Shown piece by piece: positions 9,311-17,645 of a stretch of 64,000 nucleotides of DNA. Where the stretch lies: assembly GCA_965218435.1 (NCBI GenBank), contig CBDCKW010000009.1, positions 3,264,001-3,328,000 on the forward strand, given 5' to 3'. Position numbers and translations under genes: made by a program. Numbering within the stretch: position 1 is the first letter of the stretch; every line of letters begins with the position of its first letter. The stretch is from Truepera sp. GTDB taxonomy: Bacteria > Deinococcota > Deinococci > Deinococcales > Trueperaceae. Below the pieces are notes generated by a model. The model was not told where the DNA came from. It saw only the letters and a list, made by a program, of their open reading frames with translations, and searched no databases.

Positions 9311-10012
9311 ATGGTTGCGTTTTACCGCTTTTTGTTCGTGCTCACGTGCTGCTTGGGCCTCGGCGTCACCTTGGCGCAAGACCTGAAAACGGGTGACGCC
9401 CTGTTTGATGGGGGCGATTACGCGGGCGCAGCCGGGGTTTATCAGCGCGTTTTTGACGCGTCCGGAGACCAAGACGGGGTGGCGCTCTACAAACTCGCCA
9501 ACGCCAAGGTTTACGCCGCCGGACAGACCGAGGGCGACGCAGCCGAAGCTCTCTACGCCGCCGCCGTTACCGCTGCAAAAGAGGCCGTAGAGCTCGTCCC
9601 TGACGACTTAGAAGCGCATATGGCGCTCGTGCGGGCGTGGGGCCGACTGGCGCAGTCTCGCGGGGTGCTCGAGTCCTTGAACCTCGCTACGCTGATGAAA
9701 GGAGAGCTTGACTCTATTTTGGAACGCGACCCCGAGCACGACGGCGCGCTGCACGCCCTCGCGCTCTGGCACCTGAACGTCCCGTGGGTGTTTGGCGGAC
9801 GCACCGACAAAGTGCGTGGGCTTTTCGACCAGGCGATTGCCGTTCACCCGACGGTTTTGCATCACCTCGAGTACGGCGAATCGCTTTTAACTTTGGGCGA
9901 CCCGGCAGCGGCCAAAGCCCAGCTCGAGGCGGCGCTGGCCATGCCTGCCCAAACTGCCGCCGACCGAAACGAACAGGCGAGGGCACAGACGCTGCTCGAG
10001 ACGTCGTTCTGA
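9311..10012 (+). CDS. Exported TPR-like helical protein
   Basis: GGAGG RBS; signal peptide ending TLA-QD; Ala-rich helical repeats; VPWVFGG motif. Confidence 0.75.
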   Translation: MVAFYRFLFVLTCCLGLGVTLAQDLKTGDALFDGGDYAGAAGVYQRVFDASGDQDGVALYKLANAKVYAAGQTEGDAAEALYAAAVTAAKEAVELVPDDLEAHMALVRAWGRLAQSRGVLESLNLATLMKGELDSILERDPEHDGALHALALWHLNVPWVFGGRTDKVRGLFDQAIAVHPTVLHHLEYGESLLTLGDPAAAKAQLEAALAMPAQTAADRNEQARAQTLLETSF

Positions 10013-10081
10013 GGGTTACGAACCCGGCGCAGCACCCGCAAAGTAAGAATCTTGTGAGAGTGTTCCCGGTACAGTAACTCC

Positions 10082-10170
10082 AGAAAGCTTCCGCACCTGC
10101 TCTCAACCTCTCCAAGGAAGCTTTCTCCACCTTGTCCCTGCGCTCCCCGACCCCGGCGCAGGGATTTTTT
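10082..10170 (+). ncRNA. Candidate small RNA A: two hairpins with C/U-rich loops and an intrinsic terminator
   Basis: TACAGT -10 at 10070-10075. 11-bp stem 10082-10092/10116-10126 with a 23-nt pyrimidine-rich loop. 10-bp stem 10135-10144/10155-10164 with loop CCCCGACCCC, then T6. Confidence 0.6.
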
Positions 10171-10422
10171 AGGCGGGTGACCTCGTAGCCCGCCGTCGAA
10201 AAGCCAAAGAAGTTACACAGCTGTTCTTGACGCTTCGCTTCTCTTTAGAGGGTCGGCACCGCATGTCTCATCACACATGTGCGGAACCGTTTTACCTCGC
10301 CTGTGTCGGCGTAAGGGTTTGGACGAACGAACCGAGTCGGCTCAGTGTGCAGCAGGCCATTTTGAAGCTGAAGTCCAGCTGCACTGTGCTCTAAAGCTGG
10401 CAGTAAGATAAAAATTTGCGCC

Positions 10423-10495
10423 AAAAAACAGCCTGCCAAACTCAGTCTGACAGGCTGCTTGTCTCTGCTGCACCCGGTCTGCCCCCACCGGCAGT
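10423..10495 (-). ncRNA. Candidate small RNA B (~73 nt): G-rich loop and intrinsic terminator
   Basis: Minus-strand TACACT -10 at 10508-10503; 5' hairpin presenting GGGGGCAG; 13-bp stem CAGCCUGUCAGAC/GUUUGGCAGGCUG followed by U6. Confidence 0.55.
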
Positions 10496-10605
10496 AGTGC
10501 ACAGTGTACGGGTTCTCGGCGACGCGAAACAGATACATAAGTACTCAAAAAGTCCTGCAAATGCTTGATTTACGTGCGGTATATGGGTTGACAACCAGGT
10601 TAAAA

Positions 10606-10663
10606 CGCGTTTAGGTTATCACCGCCGGGGGCAGACCGTAGACACGGCGATAACCTAAACCCG
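10606..10663 (-). terminator. Long hairpin (16-bp stem, 20-nt loop) followed by a short U-run on the minus strand
   Basis: GTTTAGGTTATC (10609-10620) is a perfect inverted repeat of 10649-10660 and extends through a G-U pair on the minus strand. The loop contains CGGUCUGCCCCC. Confidence 0.5.
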
Positions 10664-11029
10664 TAGGCTCCGGACACTTAAAAGCAGCCGCAACCTAGGG
10701 GTTACCTTATGGAAACCAGCTACGCCAAATATAGGTATTTGCTACGTTTACCCCAGCAAGGTTAAGTCGGGCCGACGACCGGACGGTCTCGAGGGTTTGG
10801 TTTGCTGTCCTCAGCAGTGTAGGGGTCAGCAGTAAAGCGCACTGAAGCCGGGGCGGTTACCAGATAAGAGCGCAGAGAACAGCGAAGCGGCCGTTCAGCC
10901 AGGGGCGGTCGCAGCTTGTCAAAGTTATAATGTATCAGGTTGCGATGTATCGTTACGATGTATCAACCAGAAAGGGTCAAAAGGGCTGCGGTGACCATCG
11001 TCCGTCCGGCTAGTATCTTCAGGGCAACC

Positions 11030-11224
11030 CTAACGAAAAACCCCAAGCAAAAAAACCAAAATGCCCATCGCCAAAAACGCAAACCCCATCAGAATATAGA
11101 CGCCCGCGTGGTTTTTACCGGTAACGATGTTTTCGTCGCGTGCGCCGCTCCGAATCCCGTAGCCCAAAAAGATCAGGCTTACTGCCAGCATCAGCGCACC
11201 GAAAAGCGTATCAAGGTGCTCCAT
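11030..11224 (-). CDS. Small two-TM membrane protein
   Basis: GAGGGG RBS; two hydrophobic helices; 64 aa. Confidence 0.7.
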   Translation of the reverse strand: MEHLDTLFGALMLAVSLIFLGYGIRSGARDENIVTGKNHAGVYILMGFAFLAMGILVFLLGVFR

Positions 11225-11311
11225 TGTCCCCTCCCACGCTCTACTGTAGAGCGCCCAGGCCAGCGGAACAGGGCGTTGACACGGATTTGGCTGGCGCAGC
11301 TAGCTTTAGCA

Positions 11312-12724
11312 TCAGCCGCGCAGCGCCAGCCGCGCCAGCTTTAAGAGCACCTCGGGCGGCGTACGGAGAAGCTGCGTTCCCTGCGGCTTTTTGGCGGCGA
11401 GCTCTAACCGCCGAAACAGCTCATCAAAAAGCGGTTCGGGCAGGTTAAGCGCCGGGGTCAGGCGCACCGTGCGGCTGGCGTTAAGCGTATAACACGCGTG
11501 AATCCCGGCAAAGTGCAGAGTTCTGAGGGCGAGGGCGCTGCCGAGTTGGGCACTCAGTTCAGCGTCTAAACCGACCCCGGCCAAAGGTGGCAACACCGCG
11601 CGAAGTTGCAACGCAAAGAGCAGCCCCGCGCCGCGCACCGCGCTAAAAAAGTTCGGATAAGTTGCGGCGAGCTGCTCGAGCCGTGCCAAGCCCCGCTGCC
11701 CCAACCGCCGTGAGCGTTCGCTCAACCCCTCGTCTTCGATCAGCTCCAAAGACTTGAGCCCCACCGCCATCGCCAGCGAACCACCGCCAAAGGTATTCGA
11801 GTGACGTTTGCTCGAGAGGCCGCCCAAGAGCCCCCGCATCAGCGGGTGCCGCGCAACCGTCGCGCCAATCGGGACGAGCCCGCCGCCGAGCGGTTTAGCG
11901 AGGGTGAGGATGTCGGGCTCGAGCCCTAACGCCACACTCGCAAAGTCGTAACCACAACGCCCCAATCCGGTCTGAATCTCGTCGGCCACGACCAAAAAGC
12001 CGTGCTTTTGTGCGAGTTCACCGATAAGCGGCAAAAACTCAGGTGGCGGTGTAATAACGCCACCTTCGCCCTGAATCGGCTCGACAAAAACCGCCCCGAC
12101 CGCGTTCCCATGCCGAACGAACGCCTGCTTAAACGCCTCGGCGTCGCCGTAAGGCAGCGTCAGCACGTCACCCCACAAGGGCTTAAAAAGTCCCTGATAC
12201 TCTTGGTTTGGCGTGAGCGACAATGCGCCCAACGTTTTGCCGTGATAGCCACGGGTAAAGTTGATGATTTTTGGCGCACGGGGCCGGTTCGCCCGGACGA
12301 GTTTGAGCGCCGTCTCGACGGCCTCCGCGCCGCTATTCGAGAAAAAGACCTGTGAATCCGCGTGACTCGGGGCGTGCCGAGCGAGCAGCGCGACCAGGTT
12401 GGTCTCGAGCGCCCCCCGCCAAGCCGAGGCCGACTGCTGCGGCAGGCTCATCCCCCGGGTTTCGCGCAAATACTGCTCGACAAACGTGACAAGTGGCGGG
12501 TACAACTCGCCAAAAGGCAGCGCCGCGTACCCACCTGCGTTGATGAGGTGACGGCCGTCCGGGGCGCGCAGCTCCCACGGGCTCAAAACCTCGAACGGTC
12601 CGGCAATCTCTAACGCGTCCAAGACGCGGATCAGGTCACCGTTGCCGTGGGTTACCTCGAGCCCCCGCACCGCCCCCGCCGAGAGCGGCCCGAACAGCTC
12701 AGCGGTACGAATCGGCAAACTCAC
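11312..12724 (-). CDS. Class III PLP-dependent aminotransferase
   Basis: FFSNSGAEAVE, GYHGKT, VEPIQGEGG, ADEIQTGLGR, LAKPLGGG and HSNTFGG motifs. Confidence 0.92.
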   Translation of the reverse strand: MSLPIRTAELFGPLSAGAVRGLEVTHGNGDLIRVLDALEIAGPFEVLSPWELRAPDGRHLINAGGYAALPFGELYPPLVTFVEQYLRETRGMSLPQQSASAWRGALETNLVALLARHAPSHADSQVFFSNSGAEAVETALKLVRANRPRAPKIINFTRGYHGKTLGALSLTPNQEYQGLFKPLWGDVLTLPYGDAEAFKQAFVRHGNAVGAVFVEPIQGEGGVITPPPEFLPLIGELAQKHGFLVVADEIQTGLGRCGYDFASVALGLEPDILTLAKPLGGGLVPIGATVARHPLMRGLLGGLSSKRHSNTFGGGSLAMAVGLKSLELIEDEGLSERSRRLGQRGLARLEQLAATYPNFFSAVRGAGLLFALQLRAVLPPLAGVGLDAELSAQLGSALALRTLHFAGIHACYTLNASRTVRLTPALNLPEPLFDELFRRLELAAKKPQGTQLLRTPPEVLLKLARLALRG

Positions 12725-12737
12725 GAGTAAAAACCGC

Positions 12738-13367
12738 TCAGGGCCGGAAGACGGTAACGTTTCCGGCCTGGTCGGTCACGGTAATCTCGATGTCTTTGGT
12801 CGTCTCGAAGGTAAAGGCAATCTGCGCTGCTGGAACGAACGACAACGCCTTATCGCCCGTGGTAATTTTGCTTACCACATCGTTGTCCCGAGCGACGCCC
12901 GAGACACGGGTATTGCCGCCACCCAACCCCTCAACCCCGGTCAGCGTCACCGTTGGCGGTGTACCGTCAATCTCTAAGGGAAACGTCAACGAGGTTTTGC
13001 GGCTGTCTACGTCGGTCACGACAATCTCCGAGCGCCACAACCCTTCACGTACCTGCCGTGGGCGAAACCCAAAATTGATGAGCTTTTTGCCGCGTTCTCC
13101 GGCGTACCCCGGCGCATCTAAAATCTCGGTGCCGTCTACTAAGATGCTCGCTACGCCTACATCGTCCATCGCGTAACCGACGATCTGCAGGTCGCTCTCA
13201 GCCTTGACAGTCGTCCCCTGCGGTTCGGTGATCGTCACCACCGGGGCGAGCGCGTCGCCGCGTCCGGCACAACCCGCGAGTGCCGCCGCCAGCAAGACAA
13301 AAAACGGTAGCCGTAAAGCTAGTTGTTTTAGACGTAATAAATCTCTTCGTAAACCTAGACGTGTCAC
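12738..13367 (-). CDS. Lipoprotein with Ig-like beta-sandwich repeats
   Basis: Lipobox LAGC; DALAPVVTIT, DGTPPTVTL and VTDQAGN motifs typical of bacterial Ig-like domains. Confidence 0.7.
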   Translation of the reverse strand: MTRLGLRRDLLRLKQLALRLPFFVLLAAALAGCAGRGDALAPVVTITEPQGTTVKAESDLQIVGYAMDDVGVASILVDGTEILDAPGYAGERGKKLINFGFRPRQVREGLWRSEIVVTDVDSRKTSLTFPLEIDGTPPTVTLTGVEGLGGGNTRVSGVARDNDVVSKITTGDKALSFVPAAQIAFTFETTKDIEITVTDQAGNVTVFRP

Positions 13368-13444
13368 CTAGCTAGTTTACGCTACCGGCTCTGCGCCATG
13401 CGTATAAACCTCGAGCCAGACGCCCGTAAATTAGACGCTTAGGT

Positions 13445-13488
13445 CAATTATCCCCGAAATTAAGCCCAAAATTAAGCCTCAAATTAAG
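13445..13488. repeat. Direct repeats of AAATTAAG with 12-bp period (three exact, one degenerate)
   Basis: AAATTAAG at 13457, 13469 and 13481; CAATTATC at 13445. Confidence 0.8.
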
Positions 13489-13711
13489 TTTGTGAAGCTC
13501 GGTAGACACGCCGTTTTAGGCGGTCCTCACCCTAAAGCCGCCAAGTTTGTTAAACTGCACAGAACAGTTTTCAGGTGCATCAGGGCACCGATTCTAGAAA
13601 GGAGGGTCGCTGCTACAGGTGTAGCAGGTAACGTGTAAAGGTTAAAGGGTCCAGCGTACCCATCTTTTGTAACGTAGCTAGATTCAGATAGAGCCAGCCA
13701 AAGGAGTTTAG

Positions 13712-15487
13712 ATGAAAAAACTGCTGCTACTACTTGCCTCACTTGGGCTAAGCACGGGTCTAAGTATAGTGCTCGCCCAAAGCGCCAAGGACACCTACAT
13801 CGAACAGGGTATCGCTGACGTAGATTCCCTCGACCCGGTGCAAGCCTACGACACCGCCTCAGGCCAGATTATCGAAAACGTCTACGAAAAGCTTTACGGT
13901 TATAAAGGCGAAAGCGTCACCGAATACGAGCCGATCTTGGCGACCGATTATCAGGTTTCAGACGATAACCTGACCTACACGTTTGACCTGCGTAAAGGCG
14001 TCACCTTTCACAGCGGCAACCCCATGACGTGTAAAGACGTCGAGTATTCGTATCAGCGTGCGCTCGTCGTCAACCCCGCCGACTCCGGCGCGTGGATTTT
14101 GATGGAGCCGCTAACCGGGTACTACTCGGACGCCAACACTGAACTCGGTGACGGCGCAACCGACAAGCAGTACGCCGACTTTTACAAAAAAATTGACAAC
14201 AGCGTCGAGTGCCCCGACGGTCCCGACGGGCTCACCGTAAAGTTCAACTTGGCCCAAGCCGATCCGACCTTTTTTCCTAAAACGCTCTTTTCTGCCGCCT
14301 CGATTGTAGACAAGGCGTGGGCCGTCAAAAACGGTATGTGGGACGGTACCGAAGCCACCTGGCGCAACTGGATCGGTCAAGACCTGCGCGAATCGTACCT
14401 GCAAAATCACATGAGTGGCACTGGCCCCTACCAACTAGTTAATTGGCAAGTCGGCACCAGCGTGATTGCTGAAGCTTACCCGAACTACTGGGGCGGCGCA
14501 CCTGCCATCAAGAATGTCCAAATTCAAGTCGTTGAAGACCCTGCGCCGCGTATTTTGGCGCTGCAACAGGGCGACGCTGACAGCATCGGGATTGACCGGG
14601 CTCAGCTAAGTCAAGTTCAGGGACAATCCGGTATCACCGTCGAAGACGCCGCCACCGACCCAAGTCTCGACTGGTCATCAGTTAACGTAGGCGCAATCTT
14701 TTTGAACGAAGCGGTCGAGGCCAACAACAACCCCAACATCGGCTCCGGCAAGCTCGACGGTCAAGGCATTCCAGCAGACTTTTTTACTGACGTGAACGCT
14801 CGCAAGTGCTTCAACTACTCGTTTGACCCACAAGCTTACATTGAACAGCTACTTCAGGGCCAGGGTCAACAGATCACTATGGCGCTACCACCTTCGTACC
14901 TCGGCTACGATTCCGAAATCCCAACCTATAGCTACGACCCTGAAGCAGCTGAAAAAGCTTGCCGCGCCGCCTGGGACGGCCAGCTTTGGGAAAACGGCTT
15001 TCAGATGACGCTCGCTTACAATACCGGTAGTGACGTGCGCCAAGCGTCTTTACAAATCCTCAAGTCGAACCTCGAGTTCTTAAACCCTAAATTCCGTGTC
15101 AACGTGCGCGGCATCGCGTGGCCCGACTTTTTAGACCAACGTGGCCAGAACCTCTTACCAGTCTCAGCTATTTCCTGGGTACCTGATTACGCCGACCCTG
15201 ACAACTACATCCACACGTTCTACGCTAAGGGTGGCTACTACGCCGACCAGTCTAGCTTTTCGGACAAGCAGATCAATGAGTGGGACCAAAAAGCGCGTAC
15301 GTCGTTTGATGAGAACGAACGTGTCAAACTCTACAGCCAGATTGGTCAACGGGCCTACGAACTCGCACCCTACGTCCTGACCCCGATAGGTGTTCCTTTC
15401 CTGGTTCACCGCAGCAACTTGCAGGGGACGTACTATAACCCCATGTTGAGCGGTACCTACCTTTGGAAAGCTCTCTCCAAAAACTAA
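13712..15487 (+). CDS. Peptide/nickel ABC transporter substrate-binding protein (family 5)
   Basis: SLDPVQAYD, YTFDLRKGVTFHSG, GTGPYQL and WVPDYADPDNY motifs; signal peptide. Confidence 0.93.
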   Translation: MKKLLLLLASLGLSTGLSIVLAQSAKDTYIEQGIADVDSLDPVQAYDTASGQIIENVYEKLYGYKGESVTEYEPILATDYQVSDDNLTYTFDLRKGVTFHSGNPMTCKDVEYSYQRALVVNPADSGAWILMEPLTGYYSDANTELGDGATDKQYADFYKKIDNSVECPDGPDGLTVKFNLAQADPTFFPKTLFSAASIVDKAWAVKNGMWDGTEATWRNWIGQDLRESYLQNHMSGTGPYQLVNWQVGTSVIAEAYPNYWGGAPAIKNVQIQVVEDPAPRILALQQGDADSIGIDRAQLSQVQGQSGITVEDAATDPSLDWSSVNVGAIFLNEAVEANNNPNIGSGKLDGQGIPADFFTDVNARKCFNYSFDPQAYIEQLLQGQGQQITMALPPSYLGYDSEIPTYSYDPEAAEKACRAAWDGQLWENGFQMTLAYNTGSDVRQASLQILKSNLEFLNPKFRVNVRGIAWPDFLDQRGQNLLPVSAISWVPDYADPDNYIHTFYAKGGYYADQSSFSDKQINEWDQKARTSFDENERVKLYSQIGQRAYELAPYVLTPIGVPFLVHRSNLQGTYYNPMLSGTYLWKALSKN

Positions 15488-15503
15488 AGGCTCTGTATAG
15501 TAA

Positions 15504-15533
15504 AGGGGAAGGGTTCAGCCCTTCCCCTATTTT
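15504..15533 (+). terminator. Hairpin after the substrate-binding protein gene
   Basis: AGGGGAAGGG-TTCAG-CCCTTCCCCT followed by ATTTT. Confidence 0.7.
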
Positions 15534-15548
15534 GTAAGGAGGGGCCGC

Positions 15549-16571
15549 TTGTTTGCCTTTATCGTTCGGCGCATCTTGTTTTTACCCGTTATCTTCATCG
15601 GCGTTACACTCTTTATCGTTTTACTCATGCAGCTTCTCAGCCCTTATGAACGCGCCGTGACCTTCGTGACCTCAGAGGTGCAGCTCCGCAATATTGACGC
15701 GATTATCGAGCAGTACGGCCTTGATAAACCCTGGTACGTGCAGTACTGGAACTGGCTGTCTCAGGCGCTCCAGGGTAATCTAGGTTTCTCTCGCGTGACC
15801 AATCAACCTGTTTTGACGACGATTGCCCAGCGGCTTCCGAACACCATTGAACTTGCGGTGCTAACTATCATTCCGACCATTGCGTTTGGGATTTGGCTGG
15901 GGACAGCCGCCGCCTTAAACCGTGACCGAGCTATCGACCAGGTTTCCCGGATAACGTCTATTTTCTTTTGGTCACTCCCGACGTTTGTCCTGGCAATTTG
16001 GCTGCTGGTTATCTTTTACGGCGGCTTTAACCTGTTTGGTATCGGTCAGCTGTCTTCAAATTTTTCTAGGGCCATTATCCGGCCCGAGTTTCACCGCTAT
16101 ACCGGTTTTCTGCTCCTAGACTCCCTGGCAAACGGCCGCGTTGACATTTTCTGGAACGCGCTTTTGCACCTTGTCTTACCGGTAGCAACGCTCGTGCTGG
16201 TTATCAGCGCACAGATCGTGCGGGTGATGCGCTCGTCGCTGCTTGATACTTTGACGCAAGATTACGTGCGGACAGCACGGGCTAAAGGACTTTCAGAAAG
16301 GGTGGTTAATCACAAGCACGCACGGCGTAACGCGCTGATTCCGGTTTTGACGCTTTCCGGATTTACACTGGTCGGGCTGCTTAACGGTGCCGTCATTATC
16401 GAAACGATCTTCGCGCTTCCCGGTGTCGGCAAATGGCTGGCAGACGCCGCCGTACAGCTCGACTACGCCGCAGTTTTGGGCGGCGCGGTGTTTGTCGGCG
16501 TTATCGTCGTCGTCGGTAACCTTATCGTAGACATTCTCTACGCGGTGGTAGACCCCAGGATACGGTACTAA
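15549..16571 (+). CDS. Peptide ABC permease (DppB/OppB-like)
   Basis: QDYVRTARAKGL EAA loop, HARRNALIP and VDPRIRY motifs. Confidence 0.93.
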   Translation: MFAFIVRRILFLPVIFIGVTLFIVLLMQLLSPYERAVTFVTSEVQLRNIDAIIEQYGLDKPWYVQYWNWLSQALQGNLGFSRVTNQPVLTTIAQRLPNTIELAVLTIIPTIAFGIWLGTAAALNRDRAIDQVSRITSIFFWSLPTFVLAIWLLVIFYGGFNLFGIGQLSSNFSRAIIRPEFHRYTGFLLLDSLANGRVDIFWNALLHLVLPVATLVLVISAQIVRVMRSSLLDTLTQDYVRTARAKGLSERVVNHKHARRNALIPVLTLSGFTLVGLLNGAVIIETIFALPGVGKWLADAAVQLDYAAVLGGAVFVGVIVVVGNLIVDILYAVVDPRIRY

Positions 16572-17629
16572 TGGACAACGTCGACCCCAGTACAGCCGGT
16601 GCTTACGCTGAAGACGAAAGGGTACTCGAGCAGGCCAGCTCGAGCGGCTGGTGGCGCTCAAAAGCGATGAAACGGTTTCGGCGCAACCCGCTTGCTATCG
16701 TAGGTGCGCTGCTCCTCATTTCTTTTGTGCTCATCGCCATCTTCGCTGCACCCCTCACCTCGTACCAGCTCATCAATACCCGTAACACGTGCGTGCGTGA
16801 CCTCGGTTTGTCTGCCTCGACGGTGACCGACGTTCGTAACCCGCTTACAGCAGTTTTTTGGCGGGCTGTCGTGTTGCCACCCGCGTCTTGCTTCGACATC
16901 CCCCGCGTGTCTTATTCTCCCATCCCAACGCCCCCGTCAGAAGGTACCTTTTTAGGAACGACCGGCGGCGGGTACGACATCTACTACGGCCTTATTTGGG
17001 GCGCACGTTCGGCGTTTTACGCAGGTATCGCCGTTACCGGTTTTAGTGTTTTGGTCGGCATCATCGTCGGGAGTATCTCCGGATTCTTTGGCGGCTGGGT
17101 AGACAACGCGCTCATGCGGCTGGTAGACATCATCTTTGCCATTCCGGGCCTCGTTCTCGCTATTGTTATCGTTGCTATTTTAGGTCAAGGCTTGACCAAT
17201 GTCATCCTCGCGTTTATGATCTTTGGCTGGGCGGGTTACGCCCGCTTACTTCGCGGCGACGTATTGCAACTTAAAGAGCGAGAGTTCGTAGACGGTGCGA
17301 GGGCTCTCGGTGCGGGCAACGGCCGTTTGATCTTTCGCCACATTTTACCTAGCGCCGTTGGTCCTCTGATCATCGTTGCCAGCTTAGACATCGGCTCGGT
17401 TGTTCTCTCGGTTGCCGCGCTAAGTTTTTTAGGGCTCGGTGCGCCTGTCGGCTACGCCGACTGGGGGCAGATGATCAACTTTGCCCGTGGTTGGTTGCAA
17501 GGACCGCCCGGACAACCCTTTGCCTACTGGTACGTGTCGTTTTGGCCGGGACTGATTATTGTCCTCTTCGTCCTTGGTTGGAACCTTTTAGGCGACGCGG
17601 TACGCGACGTTATGGATGTGCGCGGTTAA
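16571..17629 (+). CDS. Peptide ABC permease (DppC/OppC-like)
   Basis: REFVDGARALGA, RHILP, LSFLGLG and NLLGDAVRD motifs. Confidence 0.93.
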   Translation: MDNVDPSTAGAYAEDERVLEQASSSGWWRSKAMKRFRRNPLAIVGALLLISFVLIAIFAAPLTSYQLINTRNTCVRDLGLSASTVTDVRNPLTAVFWRAVVLPPASCFDIPRVSYSPIPTPPSEGTFLGTTGGGYDIYYGLIWGARSAFYAGIAVTGFSVLVGIIVGSISGFFGGWVDNALMRLVDIIFAIPGLVLAIVIVAILGQGLTNVILAFMIFGWAGYARLLRGDVLQLKEREFVDGARALGAGNGRLIFRHILPSAVGPLIIVASLDIGSVVLSVAALSFLGLGAPVGYADWGQMINFARGWLQGPPGQPFAYWYVSFWPGLIIVLFVLGWNLLGDAVRDVMDVRG

Positions 17630-17645
17630 AGGTTTACCGTAAACT

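Noticed and set aside
8347..10012. Sir2 plus TPR protein as an anti-phage system
   Set aside because: The Sir2 is a canonical Zn-binding class II deacylase and the TPR protein is exported; no defence context
10243..10396. Lysine riboswitch or hammerhead ribozyme
   Set aside because: The AGAGG start and GUGAUGAG are partial look-alikes; the remaining core motifs (GCCGAA, CUGANGA...GAAA) are absent
10660..10800. SRP RNA or tmRNA (AAGCAGCC and ACGGTCTCGA look-alikes)
   Set aside because: No SRP domain IV GNRA-loop arrangement, no tRNA-like ends and no tag peptide
10922..10950. dif site (ATAATGTAT core)
   Set aside because: No XerD arm (TTATGTTAAA-like); better explained by the local ATGTATC repeats
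10245..11448. ORF-track entries 10245-10538, 10342-10560, 10940-11344, 11140-11448 and an 18-aa ORF at 10709
   Set aside because: No recognisable motifs or good initiation signals; two cross a strong terminator and two are antisense to a better gene. No hydrophobic type I toxin peptide was found.
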